A stretch of 64,000 nucleotides of DNA from Myxococcota bacterium (GTDB lineage Bacteria; Myxococcota_A; UBA9160; PR03): the NCBI GenBank assembly GCA_041611735.1, contig JBFIML010000001.1, positions 1-64,000 of the forward strand, in the 5' to 3' direction. The notes under the pieces were generated by a model. The model had not been told where the DNA came from, did no database searches, and saw only the letters and a list, made by a program, of their open reading frames with translations. Shown one piece after another: positions 7,940-17,585 of the stretch; the stretch's first letter is position 1; each line of letters opens with the position of its first letter. A program made the position numbers and the translations under genes.

Positions 7940-9860
7940 TGTGCTGACCGGCCTGCCCGCGTCGCGCGCGGCCGTCGAGCACGTGCAGCACTCGCAGGCG
8001 CGCCAGCCGGCCGGGCGAGAGCTGTCCGATGGGCAGGTAGACGAGCCGGCGCTGCAAGTGAGCCGCCCAGTCCCGCATGCGCCGCGATGGCGGACGGCGC
8101 GCCACGAGGGCCACGTGCGGCGCCATGCTGTAGTCGAGAGCCGCGAGCACCAGACGCTCCGGCTTGCTGGTGACCATTCCGTAGGCCGGGTCGGTCCAGA
8201 CGTCGAGCATGCGGCGCGGCGGATGGGAGAGCACGAACCCTCCGTAGCGGGCCCGGCCGATGCCGGGTGCCACGGCGTCGTCGCGCGGGTCGCTGGCGTA
8301 GAGCGCCATGTCCGACTCGGCCTCGTGCTCCCCCAGCCAGGTGAGCAGGAAGGGATAGCGGGAGCCCTCCGGGTCCTCGTCGAAGATCACCACCACGTTG
8401 CCCACCTCGCCGGGCGCGCGCCCGCGACGGTGCACCCACAGCTCCCCCTCCATCCAGCGCCGCAGCGTCTCGCGCACGTCGACGCCCTCCTCGATGGAGA
8501 CCCGGAAGGGCTCGCTGCTGGCGCGCGCGTCCTGGAGGATCCGCCGGCTGCGGCGACGCACCAGGTGGCCGAAATCCTCCACCACCAGGTCCTCGGGCGG
8601 GTAGGAGCAGATGCCCTCGCCCGAGAAGGGCTCGATGCGCGCGAGGCCACGCGGGTCGTGCCCGCGCGGCCGCTGGAGGGGCGAGGTCCGCCGGCCGGGA
8701 CGGGGGCGGCGGGGTCGCAGGCGCAGGGTGCGCGCCCCGAGCTGGAGCTGCTCCGCCGAGATGCGCGCCGTCGGCAGGTCCGCCACCCGGCGCTGCCAAG
8801 GGTAGCTGGAGCCGAGCTGCCACAGCTCCCAGGCGAAGTGGTCGTCCACGCAGCCGCGCGCCGCCACCACGAGATCGTGCAGGTCGGGCACCAGCTGCGC
8901 CTCTGCGGCCGCCAGCCGGCGTGCGAAGCGGGCGAAGCCACGACGCTGCCCGGCACCGACCTCCTGACCGGTCAGCGCCTGGTGGCGAGCCGCCGCCTCG
9001 TCGAAGAGCGCGGCGGCCACGCGCAGGCGGTCCAGGGGCCCGGCGCCGTTCCCCGCCGCCCCCGCCCGGGCCGCGATGCGCCGCACCGCCTCGCGCTCGT
9101 CCTCGGCGCTGGGAGTCGAGCGCGCCACGATGCGCAGCGGGCCGGCCCGGGACGAAGCCGGCTCCGAAGCGGGCTCCGCCCCAGGCGGTTCGCCCGCCCG
9201 GCGCAGCTCGTAGACGGCTGCGGTGAGCGGCATCTCGCCCAGCACCTCGGGCAGACACTCGGGATCCAGGTTCCAGACCGAGACCCCCTCCCGCTTGACG
9301 CGGGCCAGGGGCAGCGCGTCGCCGCCCGCTGCCAGCGCCCGCGCGACGCCTTGCACGTGGGCCAGGCCGCAAACGAGCAGCACCGGGCCGTGGCACTCGG
9401 CGGCCAGACGCGCCGTGCGCCAAACCATGCCTGCCTCCCGGCGCGGGTCGCGCGCGTCGCGGGACCGCGGCCAGGCGGCGACCGCGTCGGCATACGCGGA
9501 CCGGCCGATGCGCGTGATGGTCCAGGGGTCCGGCAGCCGCTCGCGATACTCGGGATAGTCGTCCACATCGAGGTCCACGAAGCCCACCGGGATGCCGAGC
9601 TCCAAGCCGCTGCGGATCGCCTCCACGATGGGGTCGCTCGGCTCCACGGGCAGGTAGACGGCCTCCCCGGCGCGGGTCACGTACAGCACCACCGAGAGCT
9701 GCGGGAGCCGGCGCACCGCCCGCAGCACCGGCTCCTCCAGGGTCGAGGGCAGCTCGACCGCGATCGCCGCCGGTGCGAGCCGTGCCACGCTCTCGCGCAC
9801 GGCGTCGGCGAACTCGACCCGATAGTGGGCGACCCCGAGGATCTCGACGGCTGCGGCCAT
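7932..9860 (-). CDS. Large uncharacterised partner of a MoxR-type AAA+ ATPase
   Basis: 643-codon ORF directly downstream of the AAA gene. N-terminus 'ILGVAHY...IAVELP' is TraB/DUF5682-like. C-terminus has 'GVDVRETLRRW...VVVIFD'. Confidence 0.65.
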   Translation of the reverse strand: MAAAVEILGVAHYRVEFADAVRESVARLAPAAIAVELPSTLEEPVLRAVRRLPQLSVVLYVTRAGEAVYLPVEPSDPIVEAIRSGLELGIPVGFVDLDVDDYPEYRERLPDPWTITRIGRSAYADAVAAWPRSRDARDPRREAGMVWRTARLAAECHGPVLLVCGLAHVQGVARALAAGGDALPLARVKREGVSVWNLDPECLPEVLGEMPLTAAVYELRRAGEPPGAEPASEPASSRAGPLRIVARSTPSAEDEREAVRRIAARAGAAGNGAGPLDRLRVAAALFDEAAARHQALTGQEVGAGQRRGFARFARRLAAAEAQLVPDLHDLVVAARGCVDDHFAWELWQLGSSYPWQRRVADLPTARISAEQLQLGARTLRLRPRRPRPGRRTSPLQRPRGHDPRGLARIEPFSGEGICSYPPEDLVVEDFGHLVRRRSRRILQDARASSEPFRVSIEEGVDVRETLRRWMEGELWVHRRGRAPGEVGNVVVIFDEDPEGSRYPFLLTWLGEHEAESDMALYASDPRDDAVAPGIGRARYGGFVLSHPPRRMLDVWTDPAYGMVTSKPERLVLAALDYSMAPHVALVARRPPSRRMRDWAAHLQRRLVYLPIGQLSPGRLARLRVLHVLDGRARRGQAGQHIS

Positions 9861-9886
9861 GGGAAGGCACCGCGGCCCGCGGCGCC

Positions 9887-10717
9887 TCAGTCCTCCAGGA
9901 AGCGCAGGGCCTCGCGACCCACCACGCGCTCCACGGCCCGGGCCAGGGCGGCCCGCACGTCGTCTTCCAGCTGTCGCGAGCCCAGGCGCTTCTGCGCGTA
10001 GCGCGCCACGTTGATCCCATCGCGCACGGTAAGACGGTCGTCGGCCTGGTGTGCCCGCTGCAGGAAGTCCGTCACGTAGTCGAGCAACTCGTCCTCCGCC
10101 AACGGCAGGTTCGTCTCCAGGATGTGCCGCTCCTCGTCGCGCTCGGGAAAGTCGAGCCAGATGCGCGGCTGCAGGCGCGACTCGATGTACTCGGGCAGCT
10201 CGAAGGTGCTCGCGTCGTCGTTCATGGTGGCGACCAGACGGAAGTCCGGGTGGGCCGCAATCTTCACACCGGCCACGGCGGACTCCACCGTGCGCCGGTC
10301 GTCCAGCAGCGGGGCGAGGCTCGCCCAGGACTTCTCGCTCATGCGGTTGCCCTCGTCGAGGATGCACACGCCGCCGGTCAGCATGGCGCTCGTGAGAGGG
10401 GAAGCGACGTAGCGGATACGGCGACCCGCGTCGATCACGGGCAGCGCGAGCAGGTCCTCGGGACGCGTGTCCACGGTGGCCTGCATCACGTAGACCGGCC
10501 GCCCGAGGCGACGGGCGCCCGCCACGGCCAAGGTCGTCTTTCCGACGCCGGGCGGGCCCAGCAGGCGCGGGTGGAGGGCCAGATCGCCGGGTCCGAGCAC
10601 CATCCAGGCGGCCAGCAGCTCGCGCAGCGGTTCCTCGCGCCCCACCCAGTGGCCGGGCAGCTCGTCCGGGTGGGCCAGGTGGAGCGTCACGCCGTCGACG
10701 ACGACGGTGCGGCTCAT
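9887..10717 (-). CDS. MoxR/AAA_5 family ATPase
   Basis: Walker A GPPGVGKT, Walker B CILDEGNR, 'HPDFRLVATMN'. Confidence 0.9.
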   Translation of the reverse strand: MSRTVVVDGVTLHLAHPDELPGHWVGREEPLRELLAAWMVLGPGDLALHPRLLGPPGVGKTTLAVAGARRLGRPVYVMQATVDTRPEDLLALPVIDAGRRIRYVASPLTSAMLTGGVCILDEGNRMSEKSWASLAPLLDDRRTVESAVAGVKIAAHPDFRLVATMNDDASTFELPEYIESRLQPRIWLDFPERDEERHILETNLPLAEDELLDYVTDFLQRAHQADDRLTVRDGINVARYAQKRLGSRQLEDDVRAALARAVERVVGREALRFLED

Positions 10718-11250
10718 GCGGGCTGGAGCGAGACGTCGATCACGAGCCGATTCGCCTCCTGCTCCAGGCTGGCCCGCAGCTCGTCGACGTCCAGGCGCTC
10801 GGGCACCTCGAGGGTCACGTTCATCTCGTAGTGGGGCGAGCCGCCGGGGCCGGGCCGGCTGCGCGTGGCGAGCTCCACCACGTTCACGCCCCGCTCGGCC
10901 AGCACGCGGCACAGGCCGGCCACGATGCCCGCGCGGTCTTCGCCGGCGGCGAGCATGCGGTAGAGGTGATGGCCGGGCGCGGGCACCTCCGAGCGCGAGC
11001 CCGCCTCCAGGTGGCGCACCAGGATGGTGAGCCCGTGCTCGCGCTCCAGGCGCTTGGCCCCCACCGCGAGGCGGTCGCCCGCATCGGCGGCGGTGGAGGA
11101 AGAGAGCAGGATCACCGCGAAGTCCGTACCGAGGATCGTCATGCGCGAGTCCTCGAGGTTCGCGTCGCAGTCGTAGACGAGCCGCGCGAGATCGGCCACG
11201 AGCCCCGGCCGGTCGGCGCCCATCGCCGAGAGGATGAACCAGCGCCGCAT
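10714..11250 (-). CDS. Double ACT-domain protein, GcvR-like
   Basis: 'GADRPGLV...NLEDSRMT' and 'GEDRAGIV...VNVVEL'. Confidence 0.85.
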   Translation of the reverse strand: MRRWFILSAMGADRPGLVADLARLVYDCDANLEDSRMTILGTDFAVILLSSSTAADAGDRLAVGAKRLEREHGLTILVRHLEAGSRSEVPAPGHHLYRMLAAGEDRAGIVAGLCRVLAERGVNVVELATRSRPGPGGSPHYEMNVTLEVPERLDVDELRASLEQEANRLVIDVSLQPA

Positions 11251-11337
11251 GGCCTGCCCCCGTGATCGGATCCGCTCCCCAGGCTAGCACGCATGAGCGC
11301 GCCCCCCGGCGCCGGAGCCAGGCTGCGGGAGGCTGCT

Positions 11338-11529
11338 TCACTCGGGGCGGTGGCCCCGGCACTCCCGCACCGGGAGCGGGGGGTAGCGGCGGAAGCTCGG
11401 ATCCCACTCGGCGCGCGCGCAGCGCCAGAAGACGCTGCCGCGGGGGTTGCGCTGGGTGCGGGCGAAGCGGCACGTGGCGCACAGTCCCACCTCGGGCCGC
11501 GGCTCCCGGGGGCGCGCCGGGCCGCTCAC
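11338..11529 (-). CDS. Small Cys-rich (probably metal-binding) protein, 63 aa
   Basis: GLCATC...SVFWRC...YPPLPVREC. GTG start overlaps the GH31 stop (GTGA). Confidence 0.7.
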   Translation of the reverse strand: MSGPARPREPRPEVGLCATCRFARTQRNPRGSVFWRCARAEWDPSFRRYPPLPVRECRGHRPE

Positions 11530-13964
11530 GGGGCGGGCTCCACCTCGAGGCATCGCGGCGTGCCCGCGTCCGGCAAGCGGACCTCCAGCCGTCCCTCCCC
11601 CCAGCGCCAGCCGGGAGCGTCCGCTCCGGGCGACAGCAGCGTGGCGTCGCACGTGACGCGCAGCGGTGGCGGGCAGCCGTGCACGACGATCCGCAGCAGT
11701 CGCGGCGGGATCGCATGGGTGCCCTCGCGGGTCCCGATCTCGAGGCGCAGGCGTCCTCCGGCGCGGTCGAACAGCCGCAGGGCGGTGCGCGCCACCCGCC
11801 CCGCGCGGTAGGCGAGGCTCTCGCCGTCGTCCTCCTCGTGGGTCCCCTGGAAGTCTGCGCCCGGGAACACCTGGAGCACGAGCGGCTCCTCCGGCCTGGC
11901 CCCCTCGTGGAGCACCGGGCTCTGGGTCGGCAGCACGCTGCCCCCGCGCACGAAGAGCGGCAGCCGTTCCAGGGGCGCGTGCACCGTGATGCGCCGCGGC
12001 CCGACCCAGCGGCTGTCGTCGTCGAAGCCGAACCAGGTCCCGGGCGGCAGGTAGACCTGGCGTTCCCGCACGCCGCGGGTCAGCACCGGGGCCGCCAGCA
12101 GGGACGGGCCGATCAGGACCTGGTCGTCCACGTCCGCCGCGGGCTCGTCGTCCGGGAAGTGCCAGAACAGCGGCCGCCAGGGGGGGGCTCCGCTCGCCTC
12201 GGCTTCGCAGCAGAGACCGTAGAGGTACGGCAGCAGCCGCATGCGCAGCTCGAGGGCGGCCCGCGCGATCGCCTCGACCCGCCGTCCGAAGCGCCAGGGC
12301 TCCTGCCGCTTGCCCCACATGGAGTGGGTGCGCGCAAACGGGTAGAGGGCCCCGATCTGGATCCAGCGCGCGTAGAGCTCCGACGAGCAGGGCAGGGCGA
12401 AGCCGCCGATGTCGGCGCCGCACAACGGTACGCCCGAGAGCGAGAGGTTGAGCAGCATGCGCACCGAGAGGCGCAGGTGGCTCCAGGTGCTCAGGTTGTC
12501 CCCGGTCCACACGGCCGCCCAACGCTGGATGCCCGCGAACCCCGAGCGGGTGATCACGAAGGGGCGCCGCTCCGGCGCGAAACGCTCGAACGCCTCGCGG
12601 GTGGCGCGGCACTCCAGGTGGCCGTAGGCGTTGCGCAGGTGCTCGTGCGGCAGGCGCCGGGTCGGGTCGGCGGGATCCGCCTGCTCCACGCCGGAGAGGT
12701 CCTGGCCGCGCAACGGCACCACCCGGCGGCCGATGCGGAGCTCGCGTCTCCAGCCGGCCGGCTCGTTCATGTCGTTCAGGATGCCGGCCACGCCCACCTC
12801 GAAGAGCGGCCGGTGCTGGTCCGCCCACCAGCGGCGCGTCTCGGAGCGCGCGAAGTCCGGCAGGGCCGCGTCGCCAGGCCAGACCTTGAGCGTGAACACC
12901 CGGTCGTCGCGGGTGCGACAGAAGTGGCCGCCCTCGACACCGTCCCGGAAGACGCTCCATTGCGGGTCCGCCTTCACGCCCGGATCCACGAAGCACACCA
13001 GCCGGAAGCCCGCGGTGGCCAGGTCGCGCACCAGCCCCTTGGGATCGGGAAAGCGCTTCGGATGCCAGGTGAAGACCCGGAAGCCGTCCATGTGGTCGAT
13101 GTCCAGGTGAATCGCGTCGGTGGGTAGGCGCCGCCGGCGGATCTCCGCGGCGAGACGGCGCACTTCCTGCTCGCTGGCGTAGGACCAGCGCGACTGGTGG
13201 TGTCCGAGCGCCCAGCGCGGCGGCCGGGGCGCGCGTCCGGTCCAGGCGCTGTAGCGGCGCAGCACGTCCGCGGGCGACGGGCCGGGGAACACCAGCAGCT
13301 CGAGGCCGCCCGCGTCGGTCTCCATGCCGACGCGTTCCGGGTGCGAGGCGGCCACGTCGAAGCGCGACGGGGCGGGCACGTCGAGCAACACGCCGTCGGC
13401 CCGCCGTCCTGCCCGGGTCGACGCGAGGCGCAGGAAGAACGGAATCGACAGGTAGAGGGGGTCGCGGTCGAGACGCACGTCCGGGTCCTGGTTGCGCATG
13501 CGCAGACGCCGGCCACGCTGGTCGAGCGGGCCGCTCTTCTCGCCGAAGCCGAAGAAGCGGTCGCGGGCTCCCGCGCGCAGCGCGACGCGGGCGCGTCCGT
13601 CCGAGGCCAGGGCGAAGTCCGTGAGCTCGGCGAGCACGACCCCGGCGCGATCGAGCACCCGCACCCCGAACGGCTGGGGGGCCACTTCCACGCAGACGGC
13701 TCCCTGCGGGCCCTCGAAGGCGAGCGCCACCCCGCCCTCGTCGCGCTCGAAGGGCTCGACCCGGGCCGCCGACCAGGGCTCGCGGCCCAGTGCCGCCGCC
13801 CGATCGGGGGGCAGCGCGCCCGACGCGACGCGCAGGCGCACGCAGCCGTCGCGCGCGATGCGGAGCTCCCCGTGCACCGCGCCGAGCTCGAGCGCGACGC
13901 CGTCCGGCGGCCGCGATCGCCAGGCCCGCAGCGCGGGGACCGGAGCGAAGGGCGCCTCCCCCAT
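11526..13964 (-). CDS. Glycoside hydrolase family 31 (alpha-glucosidase-like)
   Basis: FGFGEK, HQSRWSY, HLDID, NDMNEP nucleophile, WTGDN acid/base, GADIGGF, QEPW. Confidence 0.95.
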   Translation of the reverse strand: MGEAPFAPVPALRAWRSRPPDGVALELGAVHGELRIARDGCVRLRVASGALPPDRAAALGREPWSAARVEPFERDEGGVALAFEGPQGAVCVEVAPQPFGVRVLDRAGVVLAELTDFALASDGRARVALRAGARDRFFGFGEKSGPLDQRGRRLRMRNQDPDVRLDRDPLYLSIPFFLRLASTRAGRRADGVLLDVPAPSRFDVAASHPERVGMETDAGGLELLVFPGPSPADVLRRYSAWTGRAPRPPRWALGHHQSRWSYASEQEVRRLAAEIRRRRLPTDAIHLDIDHMDGFRVFTWHPKRFPDPKGLVRDLATAGFRLVCFVDPGVKADPQWSVFRDGVEGGHFCRTRDDRVFTLKVWPGDAALPDFARSETRRWWADQHRPLFEVGVAGILNDMNEPAGWRRELRIGRRVVPLRGQDLSGVEQADPADPTRRLPHEHLRNAYGHLECRATREAFERFAPERRPFVITRSGFAGIQRWAAVWTGDNLSTWSHLRLSVRMLLNLSLSGVPLCGADIGGFALPCSSELYARWIQIGALYPFARTHSMWGKRQEPWRFGRRVEAIARAALELRMRLLPYLYGLCCEAEASGAPPWRPLFWHFPDDEPAADVDDQVLIGPSLLAAPVLTRGVRERQVYLPPGTWFGFDDDSRWVGPRRITVHAPLERLPLFVRGGSVLPTQSPVLHEGARPEEPLVLQVFPGADFQGTHEEDDGESLAYRAGRVARTALRLFDRAGGRLRLEIGTREGTHAIPPRLLRIVVHGCPPPLRVTCDATLLSPGADAPGWRWGEGRLEVRLPDAGTPRCLEVEPAP

Positions 13965-14009
13965 GCCACCCAGTCTAGGGCCCGCCTGGCCCCGCTACAC
14001 TGGCGTGCC

Positions 14010-14900
14010 GTGCAGCGCCTGCGCCGCATCCTGGGCCGGGTGGAGCGCGTGCTCGAGCTGGCCGAGCTCTGGCTCGCGCGCCGCACCGGTGCGCCTCCCG
14101 CGCCACGGCTCCTGGAGCGCCACACCGCCTTCCGCTGGGACGCGCGCGACGGCGTGGGACGCCTGGTGGCGGTGGCGCAGCCGCACGCCGTGGATCTGGA
14201 TGATCTGGTCGGCGTGGAGGGTCCCCTGGCGCGCCTGCTCCGCAACACGGAGCAGTTCGTGCGGGGCCTGCCCGCCCAGCACGTGCTGCTGCACGGCGAG
14301 CGGGGCACCGGCAAGTCCTCGGCGGTGAAGGGTCTGCTGCCGCGCTTCGCGGGCCGGGGGCTGCGGCTGGTGCAGGTGCACAAGGAGGACCTGATCCACC
14401 TGCCGGACGTGCTGGCGGCCCTGCGCGGATCCTCCTTCCGCTTCCTGCTCTTCTGCGACGATCTCTCCTTCGACGAAGGCGAGCCCGGCTACCGGGAGCT
14501 CAAGGCCGCCCTGGAAGGAGGCCTGGAGGCCCCGCCCGAGAACGTGCGTGTGATCGCCACCAGCAATCGGCGTCACCTGATCCCCGAGCGGGTGGCGGAC
14601 AACCGGGCGGCCCGCCTGGACGAGGCGGGCGAGCTCCACCTGGGCGAGGCCCTGGAAGAGAAGCTGGCCCTGGCGGACCGCTTCGGACTCGTGCTCGGCT
14701 TCTACGGCTTCGACCAGGGCACCTACCTGGCCATCGTGGAGCGCTACGCGGCCAAGGCGGGGCTCGACGTGTCCGCCGAGCGCTTGCGCCGGGAGGCGCT
14801 GCGGTTCGCCCTGGAGCGCTCGAGCCGCTCCGGGCGCACCGCCCGGCAGTTCGTGGACGACCTGGCCGGTCGGCTCAGTCTCGGGTCAGGCCAGGACTAG
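14010..14900 (+). CDS. DUF815-family AAA+ ATP-binding protein
   Basis: GERGTGKSS, LLFCDDLSF, ATSNRRHL, SRSGRTARQF. Confidence 0.9.
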   Translation: MQRLRRILGRVERVLELAELWLARRTGAPPAPRLLERHTAFRWDARDGVGRLVAVAQPHAVDLDDLVGVEGPLARLLRNTEQFVRGLPAQHVLLHGERGTGKSSAVKGLLPRFAGRGLRLVQVHKEDLIHLPDVLAALRGSSFRFLLFCDDLSFDEGEPGYRELKAALEGGLEAPPENVRVIATSNRRHLIPERVADNRAARLDEAGELHLGEALEEKLALADRFGLVLGFYGFDQGTYLAIVERYAAKAGLDVSAERLRREALRFALERSSRSGRTARQFVDDLAGRLSLGSGQD

Positions 14901-15949
14901 CCCAGCACGTCGGCGAGGACGCGCAGGGCGTTCTCGCCCAACACCTTGCGCACGCTCTCCGGGGCGTGTCCGCGGTCCAGCAGACCCCGGGTGACGTGGG
15001 GGTAGACGGTCACGTCGCCGAGACCCGGTGCGGGGATGATCGCGCCGTCGAGATCGCTGCCCAGGCCGGCCGCCTCGACGCCGCCCACGCGCATGACGTG
15101 CTCCAGGTGGTCGAGCAGACGCGGCAGCCCGCCCCGTCCCAGGAAGTCGCGTCCGAAGGCGACCCCCACCACCCCGCCCCGCTCCGCCACGCGCCGGATC
15201 TGGTCGTCGGAGAGATTGCGCGACACGTCGTGCAGCGCTCGGCAGGCGGTGTGGCTCACCACGCAGGGCCGCCGCATGGCAGCGAGGGCATCGTCCACGC
15301 CTGCGGCGTTCAGGTGCGCCAGGTCCACGACCACGCCGAGCCGCTCCATCTCGGCCACCAGCTCGCGGCCGAACGGGGTGAGGCCCCGGCCGTCGAACTC
15401 CGGGGCGGTCATGGGATGGCCCGCCTCGGTGGCCTGGAAGTGCACGAGCCCGACCATGCGCAGCCCCCGCTGGTGGGCCCGGCCCAGGGCGTCGAGGTCG
15501 CCGCCCAGGCCGTGGGAGCCCTCCAGGCAGGCGAGGCCCGCCAGCCGGCCTGCGGCCGCCGCCCGGCGCATCTCGCTGCCGGTGCGCGCGAAGACGAGAC
15601 GCTCGGGGTGACGCGCCGCGGCCTCGGCCAGCAGGTCCAGGGTGGCGAGCGTCTGCGCAAGGCCGCGGCTGCGCTCCAAACGAGCCAGCAGCTTGAGCGG
15701 CGCGATCAGCTCGGGCCGCACGCGGGCGGGATTGACGACGAGGCCGAACACGACCGCGTCGAGCCCACCCTCGGCGGCCCGGGGCAGATCCAGGTGCCAG
15801 GCGAAGGGCGAGCCGGGCAGACGGTTGCGATGGCGGCGCGCCAGGTCGTAACCGAGCAGCCGCACCCAGAGCAGCGTGTCGATGTGCAGGTCGAGCACCA
15901 GACAGGCACGGTGGAAGGCCAGGATCTCGTCGGGGACCGCCGTCGCCAC
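14897..15949 (-). CDS. Membrane dipeptidase (peptidase M19)
   Basis: DLHID, LEG, VVDLAH, VVSH, RNLSDDQI, GLGSDLDG. Confidence 0.9.
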   Translation of the reverse strand: MATAVPDEILAFHRACLVLDLHIDTLLWVRLLGYDLARRHRNRLPGSPFAWHLDLPRAAEGGLDAVVFGLVVNPARVRPELIAPLKLLARLERSRGLAQTLATLDLLAEAAARHPERLVFARTGSEMRRAAAAGRLAGLACLEGSHGLGGDLDALGRAHQRGLRMVGLVHFQATEAGHPMTAPEFDGRGLTPFGRELVAEMERLGVVVDLAHLNAAGVDDALAAMRRPCVVSHTACRALHDVSRNLSDDQIRRVAERGGVVGVAFGRDFLGRGGLPRLLDHLEHVMRVGGVEAAGLGSDLDGAIIPAPGLGDVTVYPHVTRGLLDRGHAPESVRKVLGENALRVLADVLG

Positions 15950-16026
15950 GGCGCCTATGGTACGGTCTTCGCCGCTGGAGCGGGGGACGACGTCGTGCGC
16001 GGCGGTCCCGCGGCAGCGGAGGCCGG

Positions 16027-17523
16027 GTGAAAGGGGTCGTGGCGAGCGGCCACCGCCGCGTGACCGAAGTGGCGTGTCGGGTACTGGCGACGGGCGGCAA
16101 CGCCTTCGACGCCGCCGTGGCCGCCGGGTTTGCCTCGCCGGTGGCGGAGCCGGCCCTGACCAGCCTGGGGGGCGGCGGATTCCTGCTGGCCCACACCGCG
16201 GCCGGTCACCAGATCCTGTTCGACTTCTTCGTGGACACGCCGGGGCGGGGCCGCCCGGCGCGTGATCGCGAGCCGCACTTCCTGCCCGTGACGGTCCGCT
16301 TTCCGGCCTCGGAGCAGGTCTTCAACGTCGGGCTCGGCTCGGTAGCGGTCCCCGGCAACGTGCGGGGACTCCTCCACGTGCACCGTCGCCTCGGCCGGCT
16401 GCCGCTTGCGGAAGTGCTCGCGCCGGCGGTAGAGCTGGCGCGGGAGGGCACCGAGCTCGAAGAGCGCCAGGCCTACTTCCTCGCATTGCTGCAGCCGATC
16501 ATGACGCTCACGCCCGCCGGTCGGGCGCTCTTTGCCCTCGGCGGCCGTTATCGCGGCCGTGGCGAGCGCTTCGCGAATCCCGAGCTCGCGACCTTCCTCG
16601 AGACCCTGCCGCGCGACGGCGAACGGGAGCTGTACGAAGGGGGGCTCGCGGCCCGCGTGGCGCGCGACATGCGCGAAGGTGGCGGCGGGCTCGGCGAGGC
16701 GGACCTGGCCGCCTACCGGGTCGTCGAACGCGCCCCGCTCGCGGGGCGCTACCGAGGCCGGACGCTGCTCACCAATCCGCCCCCGTCCCCGGGTGGCGTC
16801 CTGCTCGCCCTCTCGCTGCGCCTGCTGGAGGAGCACTCCGTGGTTCCGTTCGGCTCCGGAGAGCACCTGGCGACGCTCGTCGCCGTCATGCGGGAGGTGG
16901 ATCTGCTGCGCGAGCGCGAGGGGACCGACTGCGGGGCACCCCCGGAGGCGGCGCTGGCCGCGAGCCTCGCGCGCGTGCGCCGGTCTTCCGGCGGAACCAC
17001 CCACGTGAGCGTCTGCGACGCGGAGGGCAACGTGGCGAGCATGACGACTTCCAACGGCGAGGGGTCCGGGTACGTGATGCCTGGAACCGGCATCATGCTC
17101 AACAATATGCTGGGAGAGGAAGACCTGCACCCGCACGGCTTCCACGCGGCGACGCCCGGGGAACGGGTGGCCTCCATGATGGCGCCATCGATCCTGCTGG
17201 ATGGAGGACGCGTGGTGCTGGCCCTGGGGAGCGGAGGCAGCAAACGGATCCGGACGGCCCTCCTCCAGGTGGTGAGCGACGTGATCGATTTCGCCATGGA
17301 TGTGCGCAGCGCCGTGGAGGCCCCGCGGCTGCACTGGGACGGGCGCTGCGTGCAGGTCGAGCCCGGGTGGTCTACCCCGGCCCTGGAGGCGCTGCGCCGC
17401 AGGGAGGCGGTGAACCTCTGGCCGGTGCAGGACGTCTACTTCGGCGGGGTCCACGCCGCGGCCCCGGACGGGGACGCCGCCGGCGACCCTCGCCGGGGTG
17501 GACACGCGGCCCGGGTCGTATAG
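16027..17523 (+). CDS. ggt: Gamma-glutamyltransferase family protein
   Basis: GGNAFDAAVA, SLGGGGF, catalytic TTHVS, LNNML, GSGGS. Confidence 0.9.
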   Translation: MKGVVASGHRRVTEVACRVLATGGNAFDAAVAAGFASPVAEPALTSLGGGGFLLAHTAAGHQILFDFFVDTPGRGRPARDREPHFLPVTVRFPASEQVFNVGLGSVAVPGNVRGLLHVHRRLGRLPLAEVLAPAVELAREGTELEERQAYFLALLQPIMTLTPAGRALFALGGRYRGRGERFANPELATFLETLPRDGERELYEGGLAARVARDMREGGGGLGEADLAAYRVVERAPLAGRYRGRTLLTNPPPSPGGVLLALSLRLLEEHSVVPFGSGEHLATLVAVMREVDLLREREGTDCGAPPEAALAASLARVRRSSGGTTHVSVCDAEGNVASMTTSNGEGSGYVMPGTGIMLNNMLGEEDLHPHGFHAATPGERVASMMAPSILLDGGRVVLALGSGGSKRIRTALLQVVSDVIDFAMDVRSAVEAPRLHWDGRCVQVEPGWSTPALEALRRREAVNLWPVQDVYFGGVHAAAPDGDAAGDPRRGGHAARVV

Positions 17524-17585
17524 CGCCGGGATCGCGAGTGACGCTCGGGGCGCTCGCGGCATCGTCGAGGCGAGGAGGACAGGCC

